Shown piece by piece: positions 46,669 through 54,269 of a DNA stretch of 55,742 nt. The translations under genes were made by a program, and so were the position numbers. The stretch is from IMG/VR virus record IMGVR_UViG_3300025513_000009, positions 1-55,742 of that record. The stretch is one strand, 5' to 3'. How positions within the stretch are numbered: the stretch's first letter is position 1; each line of letters starts with the position of its first letter. The DNA is from a virus. Its lineage: Duplodnaviria > Caudoviricetes. A model generated the notes under the pieces. That model saw only the letters and a list, made by a program, of their open reading frames with translations, searched no databases and was not told the DNA's origin.

Positions 46669-47547
46669 CTAACCTCCGAAAGGATTCCATCCTAAATTGC
46701 CAGCTATACCTAAGCCTGAAATTCCTGCACCCATTGCTTGATTTAAAAAGCTAGGTTGCGGTGTGTATGTACTACCTACAGTTGATTGGCTGTAAGGTGT
46801 ACCTTGTAATATGTTTGAGTAGAAACCTAGTTGTGCTTTAGGATAATCTCTTTCTTGCATAAAGTTTTGATAACCTAAGTCTAAAGCTTGTTGATCCATC
46901 TGCCTACCTAATCCACCAATACCCATTTGTTGTTGAATATCAGCTTGCCCTAATGCCTGTTGTTGTCCAGCTGTTGTGGACATACCTAGGGAAGATTGCA
47001 ACTGTTGTTGCCTGTCTTGTTGTGAGGCACTTAATGCAGTTTGATATGCATCAGCTTGAGCCTTAGCGTAAAGATCTCCTACCCCTTGTGTTAAATTCTT
47101 TTGACGTTCTGCTTCTAATATAGCTTGACGTGAACCACCGAAAGCTCCAACGTTCGCAGCTTGTGCTCCGATACCTTGTTGCTGTATAGCAGATTGATCA
47201 CGCATTTCTCTAGCTGCAACATCTGCTACATTTTTATTGTAGTCAGTCATGTAGCTACCTACACTAGATAGTGCTGGTGCGCCTGAAGCTGTGGCGGCAG
47301 TAAATGCTTGGCCTGCTTGTGTTTGACCTATCCCTCTTGAAGCTTGTGATTGTGTTATTGCATCTTTTTCTATCTGACTTAAGCCTGCAAGCCTTTGTCC
47401 TGTATAAGGTATGTATCCTTCTTTGGCTACATCACCTGCAGTTGCTACTAAAGACTCTGAAGCCTTGTCAATATAATCTGGTAACTTAACTTGTGAAGTA
47501 GTCTGTTTAGCCTGATCACTTCCAAATAAAAAATCAAACATTCCCAT
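46669..47547 (-). CDS. DNA ejection/pilot protein
   Basis: Gln/Ala/Gly-rich, with GAFGGSRQAI and PYTGQRLAG. Confidence 0.8.
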   Translation of the reverse strand: MGMFDFLFGSDQAKQTTSQVKLPDYIDKASESLVATAGDVAKEGYIPYTGQRLAGLSQIEKDAITQSQASRGIGQTQAGQAFTAATASGAPALSSVGSYMTDYNKNVADVAAREMRDQSAIQQQGIGAQAANVGAFGGSRQAILEAERQKNLTQGVGDLYAKAQADAYQTALSASQQDRQQQLQSSLGMSTTAGQQQALGQADIQQQMGIGGLGRQMDQQALDLGYQNFMQERDYPKAQLGFYSNILQGTPYSQSTVGSTYTPQPSFLNQAMGAGISGLGIAGNLGWNPFGG

Positions 47548-49355
47548 TAAGCAGTCTCACTTTCTTTTATTCTTTTAAACATATCTCCAAAACTCTCTAA
47601 CATATTTATTCTCTTAGGATCAGAAGTGTATGCTCTGGAAATAAGATCTTCAAATGTCATAGGCGCTTGAAACTGTCTTTGATATCCGAAGTAAGGATAC
47701 TCATCATCTTCCGTTGTAGCATCATCTTCTTCTGTTGTACTGCCTGTATTAGAAACTACTGAAGATTGATTGGCATTATCTCTTGGGTTCATTATTCTGT
47801 TAACTGCTCCAGACATTTGAGGAGTCATAGCAGGCCGCCCTATTATATTTTGATTTACAAAACCATCTGTACCTTTGCCACCATTTGGACCTAAGTTATA
47901 ACCTATTCCTCCAGTTGCTGGATCGAAGAAGCTTGCATTTAATCCACCCATAAATTCACCACCTTCTCTTGCTGAAGTAGGTTTTGTTTTTTTATTAACT
48001 ACAAACTTATCAGGAAGGTTATATGATTTATTTGGATTTACATTTATAGGACTAGTGCTACCATCTTGTCTCATAGCATCTTCTATTAAATCGTTTAGGT
48101 ATTGAGCCTCATCAGCATTAGCTCCACTGTAATAATCTTCTTTAGTTCTGTCACCTCTTGCTATTTTCATTATGTCATCTTCATAATCTGATTCAATAGC
48201 AACTTCCTCACCTGATTTATAAGGCGTTGACTTGCCGTACATAGCGTTAGCTTGGGCTGGCCCCATTCCCATTCCAGTACCGTTTAATATATCTTGAACT
48301 TGTTTTTGAAAATCTGTTTCTCTTTTAGTTGGAGCTTCTTCTTCTACTTCTCCACCCTTACCCAGTGCTTTCATAAGAAAACCTAAAGGACTGACAGTTG
48401 GAAAGTTTTTTATATCTGAAGATAATCTTCTGCGGACATCCCCTCCCACTTCACCTGGAGTAGGTTGCGCTATTGTAAGTGAGCCTGTGACAGGATCATA
48501 TGATAACCCACGCCCATAATCCTCTATGAAACCCAGCCCCTTGGTTAATTGATCTTGAGTAATCACACCTTGAGCTTCTAACATAGCAGCATCTTTGCCG
48601 CTTAATCTTATGTTACGTAATCTGTTTTGGTCTACATCACGCATAATGTTTCCTGCTATATCACCCATACTAAAACCACTCTTGGCAAACCCACCACTCT
48701 TAGCAAATTTAAGTTGCTTAACCATCTGCATTTTTTTGTAGTTAGATAAGTTAGGATCGTTTTCTACTTCTTTAATTTTTGAATTAACATTAGACGCAAT
48801 ATCTCTTACTTCTTGATTGCCCCCAAGTATTTTTTGGAAAATGTTTTGTTCTTCTACAGGAGGTGTAGTGTTTTTGCTTTTCTTATTACTCTCTGCTTCA
48901 CTTTTATCATAAGCCGCTTTCCGAGCCTTCATTGAGTTAGCTGCTTTCTGTGATTCAGATGCTTTTGATTTTGAGAATTTTCCAGTACCGCCTTTTCTAC
49001 CTCTAGCAAAAGAAGGAATACCTTGTGGTGTCATATCACCTGAGCCGCCCAGCAGTTTTAATATGCCTGCCTCTTGCTCGTTGATGTAAGCTAACTGCTC
49101 GCCCTCTGGCGCCATAGCATTTAAAGTTTGCGTCTGTCCTTGAATTTCGTTTTGTACATTCATGAGTGATTGATTGTAAAAGTCTGGGTTGGCCTGCTGT
49201 GTGTCAGGCAATTGAAAGATTCCCTGTGCCCCCTTCATGTTTTGTTTACGTAATAGTGCAGCAATACCAGGAGAAGCCTGGTCATTTTTTACTACCATAT
49301 CGCCAGGGTTTACTGGCCCAGCATAGTTATTCGGTTGAGTAGATCCATATGCCAT
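47547..49355 (-). CDS. Internal virion protein
   Basis: 602 aa; APEGEQLAYIN..EAGILKLLGGSG...GIPSF motif, then low-complexity sequence. Confidence 0.7.
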   Translation of the reverse strand: MAYGSTQPNNYAGPVNPGDMVVKNDQASPGIAALLRKQNMKGAQGIFQLPDTQQANPDFYNQSLMNVQNEIQGQTQTLNAMAPEGEQLAYINEQEAGILKLLGGSGDMTPQGIPSFARGRKGGTGKFSKSKASESQKAANSMKARKAAYDKSEAESNKKSKNTTPPVEEQNIFQKILGGNQEVRDIASNVNSKIKEVENDPNLSNYKKMQMVKQLKFAKSGGFAKSGFSMGDIAGNIMRDVDQNRLRNIRLSGKDAAMLEAQGVITQDQLTKGLGFIEDYGRGLSYDPVTGSLTIAQPTPGEVGGDVRRRLSSDIKNFPTVSPLGFLMKALGKGGEVEEEAPTKRETDFQKQVQDILNGTGMGMGPAQANAMYGKSTPYKSGEEVAIESDYEDDIMKIARGDRTKEDYYSGANADEAQYLNDLIEDAMRQDGSTSPINVNPNKSYNLPDKFVVNKKTKPTSAREGGEFMGGLNASFFDPATGGIGYNLGPNGGKGTDGFVNQNIIGRPAMTPQMSGAVNRIMNPRDNANQSSVVSNTGSTTEEDDATTEDDEYPYFGYQRQFQAPMTFEDLISRAYTSDPKRINMLESFGDMFKRIKESETA

Positions 49356-49361
49356 CGTACT

Positions 49362-49390
49362 ATTATAGCCTTTCTATGCCCTGTTTGCAA
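49362..49390 (-). promoter_or_regulatory. Promoter for the ejection-protein operon, apparently leaderless
   Basis: TTGCAA-17-TATAAT-6 nt-ATG, with GTGCCCCC immediately upstream of the -35. Confidence 0.7.
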
Positions 49391-49405
49391 GGGGGCACGC
49401 CATTT

Positions 49406-49744
49406 TTATATAGGGTTATTAGTGTCACTTCTTACTTCCATGTAGCTCATAGCTCCTTGAATATCATTCGCCGAGCCTGCTTGTAATTTTAATATATCTG
49501 CAGCTTCTAGTACAATCACACCATCTAATAAGTTTTGAGATGAGTTACTGGATAACGAGTGATGTGCAATTTCATACGTATTAGCTCCTCTTGTTATAAA
49601 CAATTGAGTCACTACATTACCTGTTCCATGATTGTGGCTTTGTATAGTTTTAACAATAGTTTCTGTTTCAGATGGGCAAGTATATATTGTAGTAAGAGCT
49701 GTAGTTGTTAAGTCAAACAGTTCTGATTTATATAAAGTGGACAT
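49406..49744 (-). CDS. Small tail-associated protein
   Basis: Start at the TAATG overlap; TTIYTCP...VLEAADILK, similar to 558-887. Confidence 0.7.
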   Translation of the reverse strand: MSTLYKSELFDLTTTALTTIYTCPSETETIVKTIQSHNHGTGNVVTQLFITRGANTYEIAHHSLSSNSSQNLLDGVIVLEAADILKLQAGSANDIQGAMSYMEVRSDTNNPI

Positions 49745-49941
49745 TAACTGTGGTCCCCCATAAACCATGAGAAAGCCCTGGTCTCTGTTTGATCTGCAAT
49801 TTTTACTGGAGGATTTTCTTCCGAGTAATCTCTTAGTTTTAAAACCTGAATCAAAGCATCGTAGGTACGAACCTCAATCTTTCCTTCCGCTCTTTCTCTG
49901 TAGGAAGGTTCTGGATATACTGGTCTGCTATATAATGACAT
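49744..49941 (-). CDS. Small hypothetical protein
   Basis: 65 aa, coupled on both sides. Confidence 0.65.
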   Translation of the reverse strand: MSLYSRPVYPEPSYRERAEGKIEVRTYDALIQVLKLRDYSEENPPVKIADQTETRAFSWFMGDHS

Positions 49942-51791
49942 TATCTTAACCCGTCCTGTCTACCATCTGCACGCCATGTCCCTAGTCTCCATGAAACTCC
50001 AGTAGCATCAGACTCATATCTAGCTTGGAATGATCTACCCCTTGCACGGAAATCTAACTCTGGATCAGTGGAGCCTATAGTAAACGGCCCTTTGTTTATC
50101 TGTGCCCCTTGTGGATATATCTTTATATTCAAAGTAAACTTCATAGAAGTACCACTTTTAAATGTAACATCAGGAATAACTCTGTATATGAAATATACGT
50201 TGTCACCATTCTGATCTCCATTAAAGAAACCTGTTTCTACAAAAGAAGTGATAGCACTACCCGCTGCATCAGTTCCATCTTCTTGATTGTATTGAATGCC
50301 TGTGGAATCAATAGCTAAAGGATTAGAATAGATATTGGAATCAACCCACGCTGTTCTACCTAAGTTACCAATAGACCAAGTCTTATCTATGTAATTATAA
50401 ATGGCATACTTATCCACATCCGTAGATCCTTCTGATGGATAAAACCACCACAGCTCATTGAACTTAATGTTCTGTCCACAAAAAACTTTTTCCCTTTGTA
50501 CTTGATTAAAGTCATTAAACACATGAGTTAGTACAGGGCATTCTAAAGTTCTAACCGCACCATCAAACATATAGAAGTTGTCTACGCCCATCCAAAACGA
50601 AGCACCTTCAATTGTAGTTGCCGCATTCTTGGATATGGTACCAGATATTTCTCCCAACACTGAGAATGAAAATGTAAAAGGAGGGCCGATAAACTGCATA
50701 GAATAGACGTCTGCATCTGTCCATAAGAATATTTGACCACGCCCTTTCTCTACTGCTTCAATATTATTTCCCGTACCTAGTCTTTGTTCACCTGCTGTAT
50801 TAATAAGTTGAGGTGTCCATGTTATGAAATCTTCTTGATCAGAGAATCGTACAGTCATTCTGTCATAGACAGATGAACCTACAGGAGTAGAACCAAAACA
50901 GATTAAGTGTCTGTCTGGTGTAGATACCATGACTTGTCCTACTTTAGTAGGGACTTGTGATGCATCTCCGCTTAAAGTATTAACAATATAATAAGATAGT
51001 GTAGTGCCTCTGAAAGTTGTAGGCGCTGCTAAGAATGCACTGATATCAAAATAATATATAGTATCTTCGCCGCCTCCTACAGATGCTACGATGTCTTCAC
51101 CCCACGTATCCATTGACCAAACTCGTGGTGATAAAACAACACCTGATGAACTTCTAGCTGTACCCCAAGAGGACTGTCCCCAAAGACCACCACCAAAACC
51201 ATAGCCTGTTAAACCATCAGTCGGTCCGTTGTTAACAAGATAACGTAAGTCTACTGAACCTCCTCCAGTTACGCTGCCTGATGTGGCTGTACCTGAACCT
51301 GTTATAGTGTAAGAGTTAGCGTCTATATAAGTAGCTACGTACTCTCCCGCTGCAATAGTAACACCATCAAGTGTCACTGCTGTATCAATAACTACGCGAG
51401 AGCCTGGATCAGTATTGGCTAAACCATGTGCTGTATCTGTTACTGTCACAACACTAGTACCTGCTGCGCCTGTAGTATATGGATTTGTTAAGCTGATTGT
51501 ATCTGTTCTATATGGAGTAATGTCATAAACACTGCCACCATACTCTACAAAAACATGGGTAGAAGTACCCATTAAAATAAACTTAGCTCCGTTTAAATCT
51601 CTATGAGGAAGAATGTTTCGACACACACCACTGATTTGCGCTGAGCTAAACCGCTTAGTCCAGCCCCCTATCTTCTCGGCATACCCCTGAAAGAAACGAG
51701 CCTTGTCCGCATTTGTATAACGCATCTGTGCTTGGTAGTCTGTGACGTCTGTGATAACTCCTGGCGGAGCTGTTAATTGTATTAATGGCAT
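49941..51791 (-). CDS. Tail nozzle / tail tubular B-like protein
   Basis: 616 aa, beta-propeller-like: EKIGGW, RFSDQED, AGEQRL, ELWWFYP and a C-terminal DGLR. Confidence 0.8.
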   Translation of the reverse strand: MPLIQLTAPPGVITDVTDYQAQMRYTNADKARFFQGYAEKIGGWTKRFSSAQISGVCRNILPHRDLNGAKFILMGTSTHVFVEYGGSVYDITPYRTDTISLTNPYTTGAAGTSVVTVTDTAHGLANTDPGSRVVIDTAVTLDGVTIAAGEYVATYIDANSYTITGSGTATSGSVTGGGSVDLRYLVNNGPTDGLTGYGFGGGLWGQSSWGTARSSSGVVLSPRVWSMDTWGEDIVASVGGGEDTIYYFDISAFLAAPTTFRGTTLSYYIVNTLSGDASQVPTKVGQVMVSTPDRHLICFGSTPVGSSVYDRMTVRFSDQEDFITWTPQLINTAGEQRLGTGNNIEAVEKGRGQIFLWTDADVYSMQFIGPPFTFSFSVLGEISGTISKNAATTIEGASFWMGVDNFYMFDGAVRTLECPVLTHVFNDFNQVQREKVFCGQNIKFNELWWFYPSEGSTDVDKYAIYNYIDKTWSIGNLGRTAWVDSNIYSNPLAIDSTGIQYNQEDGTDAAGSAITSFVETGFFNGDQNGDNVYFIYRVIPDVTFKSGTSMKFTLNIKIYPQGAQINKGPFTIGSTDPELDFRARGRSFQARYESDATGVSWRLGTWRADGRQDGLR

Positions 51792-51804
51792 TTTTCCGTG
51801 CCCC

Positions 51805-52017
51805 TTACTCTCTGAGAGATGCTTGTGTTCTGTTAACTAAATACTTTTCCATCCACATTATTTTTTCTTTAATGATGGCTACGTCTCTTTGTATAGTGTT
51901 AAGAGAATCTACTTTAATTTCTAAAGCCGTTACTTTAGTATTCATTGTACCATAAGTTATTCCTATTAATAAGAGCATAGGTACAAAGGATACTAAAGTT
52001 TTTAGCTCTATATTCAT
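51805..52017 (-). CDS. Small membrane-anchored coiled-coil protein
   Basis: 70 aa with an N-terminal TM. Confidence 0.65.
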   Translation of the reverse strand: MNIELKTLVSFVPMLLLIGITYGTMNTKVTALEIKVDSLNTIQRDVAIIKEKIMWMEKYLVNRTQASLRE

Positions 52018-52024
52018 CTAGACC

Positions 52025-53914
52025 TTAAGCAAGACTCCCACTTGAAGTAAATAAATGATAAGTATATCCACCTACTTCTGTAATAGTACCACCTGTAAAA
52101 ACTGTACTACCAGAGTATCTAAATATTACAGCACCACCAGCACCTGTACCAGCAGTTCCACCACCTGAACCAGCACCACCACCAGCACCATAGTTTGTTG
52201 CTGTTGCGTTAGTATCTACTCCTGCACCACCAGTACTGTTAGCTCCGTTATAAGCACCTGAACCACCAGCACCAAAATATCCGTTGTAACCAAATTGTGA
52301 AAAGTTAGCGTAGTATAAACCAGCACCACCACCAGCAGTATTATATCCATGTGAGCCTGTAGCAGTTCCACCTGAACCACCAGCACCACCGCCACCGCCT
52401 CCACCATAAGTTGAAGAATTACCACCACCTGAATTAGATTGAGGTGAACCTGAAGTACCACCACTTCTATTAGCAGTTCCAGCACCTCCAGCTTGATAAG
52501 TAGTTGAGTTACCTGAAAATACAAATTTTGAAAGACCACCAGCACCACCTGTGCCACCACTAGAACCACCTGAACTTCCTCCACTACCAACAGTAACAGT
52601 AGAGGTATCAGTAGATGGTGTCATATTTAAAGTACCTGTAACAATACCACCTCCGCCTCCGCCACCACCATTTGGATTTCCACCAACACCACTTTGACCA
52701 GCACCACCACCACCACCAGCACCGATTACTAAGTATTCGACACTAGCAATAACAATAACAGTTAAGCTAAATGCTCTGTCTGCTGTTTGTGTTTCAACGT
52801 CTGTTCCTCTAATAGTAAAATTGTAAGTTGTACTTGACCCTATAGAACTATTTTCTGTACCTGTAATTGCACCTGTAGAAGTATTTAAAGAATAACCACT
52901 TGGTAAAGCACCTGATAAAATACTATAAGTTACAGCACTATCTGAAGTTGCTGAAACTGCAAAAGAAGTGCTACCACCTTTTGCAACAGCACCAATAGAA
53001 CCAGCAGTAGTTGACCATGTAACTACACCTGAAGCATTAAGTATTGCTGAACCACTTTGACCAGCAGTACCATTAGTGTTTTCTACTCTAATAAAATATG
53101 CTGCATCAGCTAGACTTCCTGAAGTAGCTGCAATAGTTGTTGAGTTTGTATAGCTAACAGTAGCTGCATTAGTTATAACACCACTTGAATTAATAAATTG
53201 TACTTGTGGGTTATCTGTAAATCCTGTTCCTGTAATTGTAATTGCTGTATCGGCACTATCAGGAATAGCTACTGGTGACACAGATGTTACAGTTGGTGCT
53301 GGAATAGAAGCATCAGTAAAAGATAACTGACCACTAGAATCAACACCCAAAACTTTATTATTTTGTGGAGCAGTTGTTGGTAAAGTTAATGTATAAGATT
53401 GTTGAGAAGCATGGGGTGGAGATTGTATACCAACTCCGTGAGAATTATTTTGACAATTTAATTGTATTTTACCAACAACACTACTTCCATTACCTTTAAC
53501 TTCTACAAGACCTGAACCATCAGGTGCAAGTTTTAAATTTGCATTTGATGTTGTTATAATTTCTTCAACATCTAAAGTGCCTGCAATACCAATATTAGTT
53601 GCTAATTTTGAACTTGTTACTGTACCATCACTTGGTACTCCTAAATCCAAAACTGAACCCAGTATTAATATAAAATCTATAACATCACCTGTCACAAGAT
53701 TTTGCGAAAATACAATCTGTGATGAACTAATTACAAAGCTAGTTCCAGCTTTCTGTACTACACCATTAAGTGAACAAATTACGTTAAAGTTAGATCCTGG
53801 AATTACATTAATTCCTGCAACTTGCATATTGTATGATGCTTGACCATTTACAACAGAAATTGCATCGCACATTTGAAAATTTCCTATTTCAGGTTGTCGT
53901 CCGATGTATGCCAT
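52025..53914 (-). CDS. Tail fibre with Ig-like domains and glycine-rich C-terminus
   Basis: MAYIG anchor, IPT/TIG-like PTVTSVSP..ITITGTGF, He_PIG-like GALPSG.SLN..TG.ITGT, and a VEYLVIGAGGGGG domain. Confidence 0.85.
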   Translation of the reverse strand: MAYIGRQPEIGNFQMCDAISVVNGQASYNMQVAGINVIPGSNFNVICSLNGVVQKAGTSFVISSSQIVFSQNLVTGDVIDFILILGSVLDLGVPSDGTVTSSKLATNIGIAGTLDVEEIITTSNANLKLAPDGSGLVEVKGNGSSVVGKIQLNCQNNSHGVGIQSPPHASQQSYTLTLPTTAPQNNKVLGVDSSGQLSFTDASIPAPTVTSVSPVAIPDSADTAITITGTGFTDNPQVQFINSSGVITNAATVSYTNSTTIAATSGSLADAAYFIRVENTNGTAGQSGSAILNASGVVTWSTTAGSIGAVAKGGSTSFAVSATSDSAVTYSILSGALPSGYSLNTSTGAITGTENSSIGSSTTYNFTIRGTDVETQTADRAFSLTVIVIASVEYLVIGAGGGGGAGQSGVGGNPNGGGGGGGGIVTGTLNMTPSTDTSTVTVGSGGSSGGSSGGTGGAGGLSKFVFSGNSTTYQAGGAGTANRSGGTSGSPQSNSGGGNSSTYGGGGGGGAGGSGGTATGSHGYNTAGGGAGLYYANFSQFGYNGYFGAGGSGAYNGANSTGGAGVDTNATATNYGAGGGAGSGGGTAGTGAGGAVIFRYSGSTVFTGGTITEVGGYTYHLFTSSGSLA

Positions 53915-54032
53915 TATGCGTTCTCCAAAATCTTAGTAGTTGTTACTGCATCATCTGCAAAAGCACTTACTGCTGATATCGAATTATTGTTTAATTTTAT
54001 TAAAGCCATATCATTTCTCCTATATATGCCAT
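53914..54032 (-). pseudogene. Two tail-gene remnants (10 aa and 31 aa)
   Basis: MAYIGEMIWL* (54032-54000) and MALIKLNNNSISAVSAFADDAVTTTKILENA* (54009-53914). Confidence 0.55.
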
Positions 54033-54268
54033 TATTCAAAATCTTCTTTAGTAAATTCAAATCTTTCAATAGTAGATAAATCTTCTATATCAGTCCAAAT
54101 AGGTTCTAGTGTTGCACCATCATAATCAGGTTCATTATAATTATCAGGATAGGTTTGAATGTTTTGCTTTCTACTCATAGTACCTTTTAGTAAAATAATA
54201 AATTCATTATATTCAGGTGTGCCTTGAATTTTATTTAAGTCTTGTCTGGTGTTAATTATATATTTCAT
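54032..54268 (-). CDS. Small protein accompanying the Mtd-like gene
   Basis: 78 aa IINTR.DL....GTPE...STIERF.F..EDF. From memory it resembles the small ORF downstream of BPP-1-type DGR cassettes (unverified). Confidence 0.7.
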   Translation of the reverse strand: MKYIINTRQDLNKIQGTPEYNEFIILLKGTMSRKQNIQTYPDNYNEPDYDGATLEPIWTDIEDLSTIERFEFTKEDFE

Positions 54269-54269
54269 A

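Noticed and set aside
52040-52720. (CCA/GCA)n-like repeats as a DNA-level repeat element
   Set aside because: Explained by Gly/Ala codons of the glycine-rich fibre domain.
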